Source of the DNA: Azolla caroliniana | Lineage: Eukaryota; Plantae; Polypodiophyta | Length of the DNA stretch: 64,000 nt | Direction: 5' to 3' | Assembly (NCBI GenBank): GCA_043228905.1 | Contig: JBHGNT010000021.1 | Span: forward strand, 3,968,001 to 4,032,000 | Shown here: piece by piece, positions 1 through 12,458 of the stretch | How positions within the stretch are numbered: position 1 is the stretch's first letter | Layout: the number at the start of each line of letters is the position of its first letter | Translations under genes and position numbers: made by a program | The notes under the pieces: model-generated | Told to the model about the DNA's origin: nothing | The model's database searches: none | Seen by the model: only the letters and a program-made list of their open reading frames with translations

Positions 1-19
1 GAACTGTGAAATTGCGTCT

Positions 20-400
20 TAATGGCTTAACGGTTCTGTTCGGGTTCATGTTTTTGTAAATGGTTTGGTTTCGGCTTGGGCATTTAATGATTCAGTTCGG
101 GTTCATGTTTTTGTAAACGGTTTGGTTTCGGCTTGGGCATTTAATGATTCAGTTTGGGTTCAGGTTTTTATAAACGGTTTGGTTTCAGCTTGGGTGTTTA
201 ATGGTTTGGTTCGGCTTCAGGTTTCTTTAAACAATTTGGTTTTCGTTTGGGTAGGTTTTTGTAAACGATTCAGTTTCAATTTCGGTTTTTAATGGTTCTG
301 TTCAGGTTCAAGTTTTTTGTAAATAGTTCGGTTTCGGTTTGGGGTTTTAATGGTTTAGTTCGAGCCTTTATTGGTTTTCGGTTTAAACAATTTCAAACCG
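20..400. repeat. Degenerate tandem array (~57-bp unit made of ~28-bp halves) rich in CGGTTT/GGTTC motifs; resembles DNA-transposon subterminal repeats; left end cut by window
   Basis: Unit 'gttcgggttcatgtttttgtaaa(c/t)ggtttggtttcggcttgggcatttaatgattca' recurs at ~57-bp spacing, then decays; complementary AAACC motifs at 565-600. No TIR or TSD could be fixed. Confidence 0.6.
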
Positions 401-1394
401 TGGTTTGAAGGGTTTGATGGTTTAGGATTGGCACTCGATAATTTTCTTGAATATTATTTTTAACATTTTAGGCCTAATTTTGATCTTTTAAGAAAAACCT
501 TTAAATTAGAAAATTTAAAAAAATTTAAATTAAAATGCGAAATTTTGAATTTTGGCCTATAACTTGAAAACCAAAACCAAACCACGAAAACCATAATTTT
601 AACGGTTTTAAGGTTTAAAGGTTTGGAAATCTTTAAAACCATTTGGTTCCAACTTGAATTTTTTGTAACTGATGTTTCCGTGGGTCCAATTTCTAAAAAT
701 GCAGTCATGAACAAGAGAAAGATTTCTACGATCATGACAGATCAGTGCAAACTGCTGAACTTGTCCCAAGCTGATGCAATAAATGGAAACAGCCATCTCA
801 AAACTAGCAAGTAATTGCCGGTAATAACATACAAACAGTAGAGCATTTTTTTCAGGTCGTGCGTGTATAGATATTCTTTTCTGTTCCATGAACGGCAAAA
901 GTGCCTTAAAATACTTGATGTAGGATTGTACATGAACTGCTTGTGAAGTTTCTCGCATCCTAGTCTTAGTATCAACCTGTACAAAACTATTTGATCACAA
1001 TCATGTAATGAAGAATTTATTGGCATACATTCTTGTTGGTGTTGAAGCTGTCTTTATCGTGTTACTGCTGATGTTGAGAAAATGAGTGTATACCCCCATA
1101 CATAACACATGGATTCGATGCCGCCATTCAATACTATGCTAGAAAACAGATTCATAAATAGGAATGATTCTGTCTACCCAATGATATCGGTTTGATATGT
1201 TTAGGGTTTCGGTTTGCTGTATAATTTCTTGAGCATGATTAGTGTTGGATGCATATTATTAAGGAGATATTTGCAAATCTCTTAAAGGCAAATTTCTTTT
1301 TCAAATTCTCAAAAGCTTTGGTTTCTTTTGTAGCTATCCCTTGATTAAGACATTATAATCATTTCACTCGGGCAACATTAAATTGTATGGTAAG

Positions 1395-1625
1395 ATAATT
1401 GGAAAACTTGCTTATACTTCGTGCTTCCTGAGCTGCAGCCACAATATGCTTTACAAATATTTACTGATAGCCGAATATCAAGCTAATGTGCTATTTAGCT
1501 GAAGGGTAGTAAAATAATTGGAAAACTTGCTTATACTTCGTGCTGCCTGAGCTGCAGCCACAATATGCTTTACAAATATTTACTTATATTCACAATATGA
1601 TAATGTGCTATTTAGCTGAAGGGTA
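1395..1625. repeat. Tandem duplication, two ~115-bp copies
   Basis: 'ataattggaaaacttgcttatacttcgtgct...taatgtgctatttagctgaagggta' at ~1395-1508 and ~1514-1625. Confidence 0.85.
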
Positions 1626-2121
1626 TTTGGGAAGAATTAATCGATGTAAATTTCTCTCATCAATGGGTTCTTAAAGAGTATATTTTCAAAATTATAGGGG
1701 AAGATAGAAATTTTTGTAGTTATTGTAGTCTTGGACACTTCAAACTGTATTACCCTTCCATTAAGGTTGCTTTGCCATTTCCATGTTACTATTCTTGCAG
1801 TCTTCAATAAAGCAGGGATAGTTTCACTATTCTTTTTCATTGGGCCCTCATTAATGGTGTTTTACCCTGCTCCTGACTTTGTTTGTATGTCTCTGTACTA
1901 AACATGAAGCACCTATTCTAACTGTCTTCAAATTGATCTCGCCATTCAAGATGTGCCATGGATTTCCCTTTGCACTATTCCTTGTTTTTCCGTTGACAAT
2001 ATCGCCCCCAGTTATGAAGTGGGGGTTTGACTATCATGATGTCTTATCAAGATCCCTGAACGAAAAATGAATGTTGTGGCCCTTGGTTCATCTCAGGAAG
2101 GGAATAGGATGACAGGTCCTG

Positions 2122-2500
2122 TGGGAATTGCATTTTTAAATGTTGCAGTGGTTCACGCACCATATTTAACTCAAACAGCTGGCATTAATCTCCTGGTTCC
2201 CATATGTATAATGACTTCCACATGAATTTCAGGGACGCGCTGCAGCAGAACAATGTCTCCTCACCTTGCCTTGAATGGCATCCATTCCACTTCCATTAGA
2301 TGAGAGGTCTTATGGGAACTGCATTTTTAAACATTGCGGTGGTTCTCGCACCACATTTAACTCAAACAGCTGGCATTACTCTTCAGGAAACCCGCAGGTA
2401 GTTCCCGTATGTATAATGATCTCCATGTGAATTTGAGGGAAGTGCCGTAGCAGAGCAATGTCACCTCATCTCACATTGGAGTGCTTCCATTCCAGTTCTG
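2122..2500. repeat. Diverged tandem duplication, two ~180-190-bp copies, just downstream of the PPR stop
   Basis: 'tgggaa(t/c)tgcatttttaaa...atttaactcaaacagctggcatta...tccattcca' at ~2122-2294 and ~2313-2499. Confidence 0.75.
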
Positions 2501-2559
2501 GAGTTCACTATCCATATGGCATGATGCAATTGTGCAACCTATTCTGTACCAAGCTAAGA

Positions 2560-4635
2560 TCACAAACCCAGGAACTCTGGGCAATTCATGAGTTGCTCGG
2601 TGCCTTGTGTACATTGATTCCCAATTCTCAGAGCTTTGATCTTCTCTAGATCCTCCAACATACCAGCAGTGCTACAGATATTATCCATGCAGACATAAGG
2701 CCAAGCAAACTTTTCATCCAACCGTACTGCATGTTCAAAGGCCAAGCTTGCAAGTTCCAAATTCCCCCATTTTTGACATGCACTCAGTAAAGCAAGCCAT
2801 GCAGGAAGATGATCAGTTGGTGGCATCTGTTTTATCAGTTCCACCAACTTGTCAAAGTGCCCTGAACAACCAAAGAGGTTTATCATGCAAGTGTAGTGCT
2901 CCGGATTTGGGAAGATGCCATATCTTGTGGTCATAAACTCAAAGTACATCTGACCATCGGTCACTAAACCTGAGGAGCTGCATGCAGTAAGCACAACCAT
3001 AAATGTTACGAGAGTTGGCTCTATACCATCCCTAATCATTTCCTTAAATATGCCATGAACTCTCGAATGCTCACCAAGTTGGGCATATCCAGTGATGAGT
3101 GCATTCCAAGTTACTACATTCCGAACTTGAATTTGATCAAAAACTTCTTTTGCTCTTTGAATTAACCCACATTTAGCATACATATCCACCAATGCAGTAC
3201 CAAGAGTAGTATCTTCAACTAGAAAACCTCCTCTAACAATCTCAGAATGTATCTCTTTGCCTCTCTCACCTGCTCCTATGCTACTACTAGCTTTTAGTGT
3301 ACAAAGCAAGGTCACTGCATCTGGTGAGACACCCTCATCTTGCATCTTTTTGAAATAGTTCAATGCTTTTTCACCATGCCCTTGCTCACAGAATTCAGAA
3401 ATTAATGCATTCCAAGAGACCACATCCCGGGCAGGAAGTCCATCAAACACTTGTTGTGCCTTTACAAGTTCACCACACTTTGCATACATTTCAACCAACG
3501 CAGATCCAACCATGCTATTCGTTTGCAATACTCCTATCTCAATCATGCTATGTATTTCCTTTCCCTTTTGAGTGACACATAAGCTGCCACAGGCCTTGAG
3601 AATACACGAAAATGTCACGACATCTGGAGGAAAAGCCTCACATTGCATCCGTGCAAAACAGCATAATGCTTCTATCTCATGCCCCTGTTGACAATATCCT
3701 GAAATCAGAATGTTCCAAGTTACAGCATCCCGAATGTGATGTTGATCAAAAACTTCTTGTGCCTTTAGGACAGCATGGAATTTCCCATACATATCCATCA
3801 ATGCATTTCCAAGAATGATATCCTTTCCCAACAATCCTCCTCTTAGTATCTCTGCATGTATTTCTTTGGCCTTCTCAGAAGCACCTATGCTCCCACAGGC
3901 TTTCAATATGCAAGAAAACGTCACCGCATCAGGAACAAGGCCTTTGTGTTGCATATGTTCATAACACTTGAGTGCTTCATCACCATGCCCATTTTCAGCA
4001 TATCCTGAAATGAGTGCAGTCCATAAGACTAAGCTTGGATCATGGAGGTTGTCAAAAACTTTTCTTGCTTCTTCGATTGCTCCACATTTGGCATACATAT
4101 CTACCAATGCAGTGCCAAGTAAATCACTAGATTCTCCCAAAATGCCCTCTTTCACAATCTCAGAATGGATTTCGTTGCCCTTCTCAACTGCTCCTATGCT
4201 GCCACAAGCTTTCAAGGTGCACACAAAGGTTACCTCATTTGGAAGGAGGCCCTCATATTGCATTTCTTCAAAACATTTCACAGATACCTTGCCAATCCCA
4301 TATTTAGCGTATCCTGCAATTAGAGCAGTCCAGGAAACTACATTCCTGACTGGAAGCTCATCAAAAACTTGTTGCGCCTTTACAAGTGACCCACATTTAG
4401 TGTACATATGAACTAAGGTATTACCTACAGAAATGTTCTTTTTAAGCAATCCCCTCTTAACAATTTCTGTGTATATTCTGGTTCCTTTGTCCAAATCCCT
4501 TTCTCTGGAACAGGCCTTGATGGAGAGCAAAAGAGCAACATGTTCTTCGAACTTGGCTGCCTTCCTACCTTTACTGCGGGGAATAGGAGGGTTCCTCTCC
4601 TCTCCACAGAAGATCGCCATACGACTCAACAACAT
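2560..4635 (-). CDS. PLS-class pentatricopeptide repeat protein with C-terminal E domain, no DYW (691 aa, intronless); probable organellar RNA-editing factor
   Basis: Repeated P/L/S triplets (NVVSWTALIAGYA, VTFVCTLKACGSIGA, LGTALVDMYAKCG), then EHYTCMINLFG and E-type WLALLSACQKWGN; no HxE/CxxC deaminase motifs. Confidence 0.95.
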   Translation of the reverse strand: MLLSRMAIFCGEERNPPIPRSKGRKAAKFEEHVALLLSIKACSRERDLDKGTRIYTEIVKRGLLKKNISVGNTLVHMYTKCGSLVKAQQVFDELPVRNVVSWTALIAGYAKYGIGKVSVKCFEEMQYEGLLPNEVTFVCTLKACGSIGAVEKGNEIHSEIVKEGILGESSDLLGTALVDMYAKCGAIEEARKVFDNLHDPSLVLWTALISGYAENGHGDEALKCYEHMQHKGLVPDAVTFSCILKACGSIGASEKAKEIHAEILRGGLLGKDIILGNALMDMYGKFHAVLKAQEVFDQHHIRDAVTWNILISGYCQQGHEIEALCCFARMQCEAFPPDVVTFSCILKACGSLCVTQKGKEIHSMIEIGVLQTNSMVGSALVEMYAKCGELVKAQQVFDGLPARDVVSWNALISEFCEQGHGEKALNYFKKMQDEGVSPDAVTLLCTLKASSSIGAGERGKEIHSEIVRGGFLVEDTTLGTALVDMYAKCGLIQRAKEVFDQIQVRNVVTWNALITGYAQLGEHSRVHGIFKEMIRDGIEPTLVTFMVVLTACSSSGLVTDGQMYFEFMTTRYGIFPNPEHYTCMINLFGCSGHFDKLVELIKQMPPTDHLPAWLALLSACQKWGNLELASLAFEHAVRLDEKFAWPYVCMDNICSTAGMLEDLEKIKALRIGNQCTQGTEQLMNCPEFLGL

Positions 4636-5439
4636 CTCTGTTTCAACAATATCTCTGTTTCAGCGACGTGCCCATCCATTACATACATACATATTCCATG
4701 TGCTAATTTAGATGTAATCCTCCATAGCTAGCCCCTGATGAGATCAAACTAATGTCAGAATTAACTTACTCTATATTATGTTTTCAGATCAGATAAACAT
4801 GAAGATATACAGGACAGGGTATACACTTTCACAAGTATTACGTGAAATGTAATATTTTATGGTCTCATTATTCATAGGTCATATTTGACCTCCAAAGGCA
4901 ATAATAAAATCTATCTATCTATCCATCTTAATGGATACATAAGATTAGTGGCTATATAACATGCTCTTTTATGCTTAAGGTTATGCCGCAATCATACCCC
5001 GGCCTTACTATTCACCCCACGAGCTCATCTCTTCAATTCGCTTCTTGACTCTCCTTCTATATCATGTCTCACCTCTCAGCTTTAGCCTTTCCCTTTGAGG
5101 ATATGATGGCAAATAGACTCATTGGCAGTTGTTAGTAACTCCATTACCCACCTATTATATGCAATGGAAGAATCGTTGTTGGATCGTGTCCCAACATTAG
5201 TACTTGGTTTGCGTTCGTTGCTTCTCATCCTTCATTCCCTTCTCATTATACACAAACACGTGGGGTGGTCATGTCTTCATCGATCCCCTAAGGCACGCTC
5301 CTTTGGTAACACATATTTTTGTCCGCGTTAACATTATTTTGAATAAAAAACACTTCAATTTGGTAAGCCAAGAAGACAAGAGAGAGGCATTGGCCAATTT
5401 CCAATCATATCATAGAGTAAAAAGAACACGTTATAGGGA

Positions 5440-5636
5440 ATTTGCTCAAAGAAGGTTATTTGCTTAAACGGGTTAGTCTTTTGCTTAAAGAAGGCTTATT
5501 TTCTTAAACGGGTTTATCTTTTGCATAAAGAAGGTTATTTGCTTAAACGGGGTATTAGTTTTACTTAAAGAATGATATTTTGCTTAAACAAGGCTATTTG
5601 CTTAAATGGGGTTGTGTTTTTTTTCTTAAAGAAGGA
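5440..5636. repeat. Minisatellite (~39-bp unit, about 5 copies) immediately upstream of the SCEP1-like gene
   Basis: 'tttgcttaaagaaggttatttgcttaaacggg' recurs from ~5440 to ~5636. Confidence 0.75.
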
Positions 5637-5702
5637 TTCTTTGGATCACTAGGCTCTTGAAGCTTTCCATCGCTACACAGACGCAAGTACATCCGCTTTC
5701 GA

Positions 5703-7738
5703 ATGGAGGATCACACGATCCGAGCTCTTCGTGCTCACATCACCGGTAAGATTTCACACTCGCTGTACATGCGCAGCAGATCTATGGCTTCTTTCGATCT
5801 GGATCCCCCCTGATGTATGTACTACATACATGGGACGCATCTGATTTCCAGCCATTTTATTGATCCCTGCAGATTATGAAAACAAGGTTGCTGATGTTGG
5901 CCTCGAGCTATTCCGACAGAAGAAATCACTGGAATCGAAAGAGAAAGAGTTGAAATACGGTATGCATTCATGTTCTTGTTGGGGATCGACACACGCACGA
6001 ACTCTCTCTTTCTCTCTCTCTCATGGCCTTTCTGTAGATCATTTCATGGTTTCTTCTTCTTCTTCTGATATTATTCTTAGACCTATACTTGTGCAGTGAA
6101 TGAAGAAACTAAACGTTTACGTTCTTGCACCGACGATGTTTTAAAGAAGATCGAGGAAGTGTCCCAAGCTCTATGGAAACAGCAGAATGCGATTGCAACA
6201 CTCCAAACAGACTCAGTTTCTCTAGCCCAGGTAAGAAACTGCATCACCTTATACCTAAACGTTTTCATCATATTTATTCTTAGAACCTGAGTGTCACTAG
6301 TATTTTTTGCACGTCAAAGGCTCTTGACCTGTTGAAGAACGAGATTATAAAACGAACAGCAACCTCGAAGGAGACTAAGTATATTAATAGTGTTGTTTTT
6401 TTGTTACTTTCTAGTTGAAGGCCTTTCTTAATATTGTCTTCTAATATTTATGTATGTATATATAGGATCGCAAACCAGAAATGCTTAGATGACCTGGTGA
6501 TGAAATCTCAGGAACACCAGGTTATATATGTCGCAACCTAATCAATTTCAGTAAATTGAAATATGCAGTTGTTTCCGGTCTATACATAAGAACGTTTCTC
6601 AGAATCTTCTGATACATTAAAGTGTGTCTTTTGTAGGCTTATTATGATTCGCTGGAAATAGTGAAGAAGATTAGAGAGGTAAATATCATAGCGGCTATGA
6701 TATTTCAAACTAATTCTGCTATGATTTGGAAGAATAATATTGCTGAAATTTATGTTCCGACAGCTTGATAGAATGGATACGTCTCAAGCAGGTACACACA
6801 ATTTAATGTTCTAATTTCATGTATATCAGGGAGCTTTCAATCGAAACATATTTAATGTACGGTGATAATTATGGACAGATGCCAAACAGCAATGCCTCTC
6901 CATGGATACAGATAAGAGGACGAATCAGGTTAGCAACAATGAATGGATACTGATGAGCAGACAAACGTTCTCTGCAACGTCTAATCAAATATTATATTAA
7001 AAGCCTGTGTGCACGTCATGAATCTTGATATCGATCTCAATCTTTATAACTTTTTAGTATTTACTTTGTAAAAGATGTCTCATTTCTGTCCATTTGTAAT
7101 GTCCCTATATTCTGCTACTGTAATCGAAAAATCATGTGTACAGAAATCAGCAGCTTTGGAGCGTGAACTTGATGGCCTTAGAAGATCATGTCAGACGATC
7201 CAGTCTCAGATTGAAGAGGTTTTCTTTCGTTTTGAGGGGGATTTCTATGCTTTGAAAATTGTCTTCATTCGTGTCTAACCGTCCATTGGAAAAACTCACA
7301 GACAGAAACTTGCCTGAAACAATTGTTTAGCAAATATTCAAAATCACAGGTATAATTTATATATCGTGCCAATTCTTCAAGAGCGCATCATAATTGGCGT
7401 AAATGAATACGATTACATATTATCCATTGATGACAGGAGGGGCATCAGGATGTCGAACTTGATGAACTTGCAGCAAGAGTGCAGGATATCGAAGATGAGA
7501 GGGAGAAAGAGGAAGAATACATAAAATCATTGCAGACAAGTTTAAGCCAGATTATGGTGATACATTGTGTACCTTAATAGTGTCGCTCATAATTGTTCTT
7601 CTTTGCATCTGATTTTAATAACATAAGAGATACTTCTTATGAATACAGGCCCTGAAACAACTAGTGGAATGTAGTTCTTGCGGGCACAGCTATCTTGTGA
7701 GCCTTGACAATACCCAGGAAACACCAGCTGCGATGTAA
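5703..7738 (+). CDS. 12-exon coiled-coil protein (276 aa) ending in CxxCG; candidate homologue of synaptonemal complex central element protein SCEP1 (Arabidopsis At1g33500 type)
   Basis: Hand-spliced GT-AG exons 5703-5745, 5873-5959, 6097-6230, 6320-6378, 6466-6520, 6637-6678, 6764-6791, 6879-6928, 7144-7218, 7302-7349, 7437-7556, 7649-7738 total 831 nt and stay in frame: MEDHTIRALRAHITDYENKVADVGLE...EETKRLR...KQQNAIATLQTDSVSLAQALDLL...EEEYIKSLQTSLSQIMALKQLVECSSCGHSYLVSLDNTQETPAAM*. The gene model is well supported; the family identity is recalled similarity only. Confidence 0.85.
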
Positions 7739-8099
7739 TAAATTACCAGCACATGTTAAGAGAACAAATGCAGAAACGAGCGTAATGTTCTTCATTGCTG
7801 AGTATAAACAATTTTGCAAGCCTTCCATATGCAGAAAATGACTAGAGGTGAAATATGATCTGTGTATACATTTGTATATAAAGTAAATAGAATGACCAAG
7901 AAAACTTTGAACATCAACTTAACTTTTAAGAACGTTTGATTTGCTGTATAAATTCTGATGTATGTAAAGACTTATTGGTTCTACCGTTTGTTAATGCATC
8001 ACATCGTCCAGGCTCTACTTGTCTATTGGGATATCAATGACTGTAGACGTAGAGGCTTATTGGGATGTTAGCATAAGCATTGATGATCTCTTTGTTACA

Positions 8100-9330
8100 T
8101 CCATGCTTGGCATAAGTTGTTATCACCTTGCATTCATGATGTGATATTTATAATGGGCCAATTTATAATCTCTCACCATCAAAGTTGAGTCGATTTATCC
8201 AATATTCTAAACCCTTTGATGCATGACCATCTCCTTAGTTTGGTCATGGATTATCAAGGATTGAATAAGGACATTGCTCAAAATAGACATGGTTTGCATG
8301 TTGTTCTCAAGTCTTTTGGAGCATCTCAGTGGAGCCAAATAGTTCCAAAAGCTAGATCTTTGAACTGCTTATAAAGTAGTCTGAATTCATCCATGGGATG
8401 AATGGAAGATTACTTTTTGCACTTGATATAGACATTTTAAATACATTGTAATGCCTTACAATCTCATGAAACATATAGCAAAAGATGTTTTTCGTGATTT
8501 TCGTAATATTTTCACCATATTTTGTTTAGATGACATCTCGATCTAATTGAAGACCCAAGAGGCGCATGATGTCCATGTTCATCAAGCTCTACATGCTTTG
8601 TGATAATACGGTGTCTATGCCAAACTAGAGAAGTATTGTTTCTAACTACAATCAAGTGGATATAATCTCACTAAGAGAAATCACTATGGATCTAACAAAG
8701 GTTCAAATGGTTCTAGAATGACATAAAACATCTTCACTAAGGGATATGCAAAGTTTCTTAGAATTCACAAATTTCTATTATAATCTCATCAAGAATTACA
8801 TAAAGATTGTGTTGCCTCTCATATAGCTTACACAAAAGGATCAATCATTTGCAAATTGGTAGAGGTGCTTGACAATTTAAAGAGAGCCTTCACATTAGCC
8901 CCGATTTTGCTCCATGTTGATCTAGCCAAGCCCTTCTTCATGGATGTCTATGCATTTGATAGTATCTTGTCACAAACTATGGATCGTAGGCAATTGCATG
9001 TAATCACTTTTCAATTTTGAAAATTCATAGCGTCCAAAATCAAGGATGAAATCTGTTTCAACGAGCTTATGGCTATAGTCTATTCTTTTGAATAGTGATG
9101 TCATTTGATGGATAGTTATCCCAATAAAATCATTATTTATAATGATTAAAAGAATCTAACATACCTTTAGAATGTTCGAGTTCTAAATAAATGACAAGCT
9201 CCTAGCACAAAGTTTCTAATGTGTTTCAAATTCTTTATTGCAACAAGGCAAACTGAATGCACAATATGAGTGCTCCTATCTGACATCTCAAACAAAAGAG
9301 TCCCTAGGTTTTACTCTCCTACAACCGACA
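8100..9330 (+). mobile_element. Heavily degraded Ty3/gypsy (Tf2/chromovirus-type) pol relic, RT-RNase H
   Basis: Broken motifs: DYQGLNK (~8249), LDDI (~8527, YLDD-like), SFLEFTNFY (~8752), KPFFMDV, YND*KNLTY (~9138); many stops and frameshifts. Confidence 0.75.
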
Positions 9331-9545
9331 TATCTTCAATGCAATCACCCGTTTAAGCCAATGACAACATTTGCATATACGTGTTCACCCAATGTGCATG
9401 TTGTTTGAGATCCAAGTACTCCTAGTAAAGAGATTAAAGTGTCATGTCAACCTCGTGTATTAATGACAGTTTAGAAACCTTTGGGTAGTATGAGTTGCAC
9501 TAACCTTTAATTATCCACAATGACATACTACATTAGAAAATATTT

Positions 9546-10095
9546 ATCAACACTTAGCGACCACAATGGAGATGTTTAGTGTATAGCAACTACAATGACA
9601 TGACATTCACGAATTGACCAATAACACTAGCTTTTCTTTGCCAATAAGATTGGAGCACATCAACAATTGGCGACCACAATGGAGATGTTTAATGTATAGC
9701 CATTACAATGAGATGACATTCATGAATTTACCTGTAGCACTAGGTTTTCTTTACCATTAAAAGTGTGCAAACTACATTTGTCAAATCCTACATTAAATAT
9801 GAGCCCCTAGGGGCATATCAACACTTGGCGGCCACAATGGAGATGTTTAACGTGTAGCAACTACAATGAGATGACATTCACGAATTGATCAATAGCACTA
9901 GGTTTTCTTTGCCAATATATTGTGCAAACTACATTTGTCTAAGGCCCTAATAGCATATCAACACTTGGCAATCACAATGGAGATGTTACTATGTAGCAAC
10001 TACAATTAGATGACATTCACGAATTGACCAGTAACACGAGGTTTTCTCTACCAATATGATTGAGAAAACTACATTTGTCAACTCCTACATTAACC
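9546..10095. repeat. Tandem array of four diverged ~113-160-bp units
   Basis: 'atcaacacttggcgaccacaatggagatgttt...caactacaatgagatgacattcacgaattgacc' starts near 9546, 9659, 9817 and 9957. Confidence 0.85.
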
Positions 10096-12296
10096 GTTGG
10101 GATCATTCATGCAAGTTTCCAATGTGTTGCATGTATGGCCCTAACTAAAGTCCATTTAGTAACCCACAACTTTCATGACTTAGATCCAATGTCCAAGGAT
10201 AACTAGGTGTATCCAATCATAGGATAAGTAAAGAGAAGGCAACATTGGTTCACCACCTAACAATGCTATAGCTCCCATCAATCATGTAAATTTCAATCAC
10301 AATCAAGAGGCCATTGGCAATCCGATGCCATGTCAATCAATGTTTCTCAAAGCGATTAGTGTGGAATACCAAAGCGATTAATGTTTTTCAAAGCAAATTT
10401 CATGTCAATATGGAATACCAGCCACTTCGCTCAAGTCAATGTCGTCAATGCCAACCTCTCAAAGCATATGGAGTTTGGGCTCTCTTGAATGGCCAAGCCA
10501 TTGGCCACCAACATGCATTATCAATTACCAACCGGTTAATTTCCCACCTTCGACACACTCTATCTCGTCTTCAGACACATGTTTGATAGGAAGCCACCCA
10601 TGTAAGAGGCCCATACTGCTTTTACATAGTGTAACTCTCTCACAAGATGTTGCACTCCAATTATCTCATCTAGTTTGAGGACTTGTGCCACATTCTAGCT
10701 TAACCACGTTTGAAAGCAACATTTAATTTAGTGACCAACGAACTCTTTTGTACCCATGTGAGCATGACAAACTTCATTACCAACATGTTTGACTCCATGA
10801 TGGAAAGGATGTTGAATTTGGATCACAACTAGTGACAGAGCCCCTTCAAAATGCACAGTCTTTCCCAAAGCATTCCCTCAATCTAAGAGTTATGTTTCTG
10901 CCAAGCTGTATAATCCATTACATGCCTCACCATTAATCACTTCTCACCAACTACCAAAAGCAGCTCGAATAACTATTTATAGCTCTGGCCTTCACTCAAT
11001 GAACCGTTGTGATGCTTACCCAAACAACATCTAAGGTGCAAAAATTTGAGGTTGAGCTTGCAAATCAATGAGCACCAACCCTCACAATGAGAGCTTATTT
11101 CTCGGCATCAACATCCACCTCGATGCCATTTGAGATGCCACTATACCCATTGATGCCTCTACATGCAAAGGTGTAATATTCACATATTTTGGCAATGTTG
11201 ACTTCCTTGTACCTACTATCGTCAAGTGACCGTTCAACCGTATGTGCACCACACCTATTGTGAGAGATATTAAAACACTCAACTCAAACATAAAATGTTC
11301 CTACATATGTTGGATTCACTATAGTTTTCATCCTCATCCAGACATATTGAAATATGATATTGACCTTATACTCGACTCTATGAGGCAAACATTAACCATG
11401 TTATCTATCTTTCTTGTCTTAACCTAGAATTAGAGAAGTTTGACTCAAATTTAGTCAGGGGTGTATGATTCAAGCCTACGTGATGGTGTCTCCAACATTT
11501 GTATTGCATTGCACTAGTATAATAATCATTGGTTTGGCATCTTTCCGCTATATGCTCATCTCTTTAAGGTTATCATTTGTCTCTTTAATTTCTTGCATCT
11601 TGTGTGCATGTAGCTTCCATAAGAAGCAACTTGCCATATTGTGTACCCATGTGCCTTCAATGGATCTCAAACTTTGACTTGTGTTTCATTGATTGCTATT
11701 GACCTCCAAATCTTTTGGTATGCTTGAATGAAAATTCTATTTCATTTCCCTCATTTTTGAGAATACCCCAACATTTTTCAGCTTCCCATATTGCCATTTT
11801 CACGTGTCATTAGCCCAACTCGAACTAACTACAAGATAAGTGTGACCTAAACTCTAAACTCAACCACTCAGGATAATTCATGATCTTCTTTGAATAGGGA
11901 AGCAACTTTTTGAACTACATTCAGTGAAGAGAGCTACTCCGGTGTAGTATAAGACATGATTTCCAATCTAAGGGCATGTGAAACTTGCTAGTATAAAAAT
12001 GGAACGTGAGAAATCATCTCAGTTTCTTTCCAAGAAGGTTTGATAACAATAGATATTTCCTTTGCTTTTGGGTTTTTGAACTTCCCTTTGGTATTACAAT
12101 GCAAAATGACAATTAAATACTTGAGGTGGTTTCAGGTTTGGTAGATATTTGCAAATGGACAGACAGCCTAAGGCAAGGGCAGTTGCATTTTTACCCCATG
12201 TTTAGTTGAGGGGTATCTATAACAAGGTAGGAAACTAGTTGATTTGCTAAATGATGGTGAAGACATTCAAACTGAGGCATCATTGGGGATCTGGTA

Positions 12297-12458
12297 TGTT
12301 ACGGGCATGACCATATAATATATCCACGTGTATAGAATACTACAGTAAATTCTCACCATGGGATATTATATGGTCATGCCACCCTCACACTTATCCACGT
12401 GTATAGAATACTACGGTAAATTCTCACCACGGGATATTATATGTTCATGCCCGTAACA
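12297..12458. mobile_element. 162-bp non-autonomous element with TGT...ACA ends, 25-bp TIRs and 5-bp TSD
   Basis: Left end TGTTACGGGCATGACCATATAATAT matches the reverse complement of the right end at 24/25; TGGTA flanks both sides (12292-12296, 12459-12463); internal 60-bp direct repeat (12321-12380, 12392-12451). Confidence 0.8.

Noticed and set aside
705-870. Possible terminal exons of an upstream + strand gene (cag at ~704, gtaatt at 811, ttcag at 855)
   Set aside because: Splice-like signals exist, but there is no recognisable protein and the upstream exons would lie outside the window.
9546-10095. CRISPR-like repeat/spacer appearance
   Set aside because: Units exceed 100 bp, are diverged, linkers are related to each other, the context is eukaryotic and there are no cas genes.
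10100-11900. Possible old minus-strand LINE relic (YVNITP resembling the endonuclease NIYAP motif)
   Set aside because: Too degenerate; one weak motif is not enough to call it.
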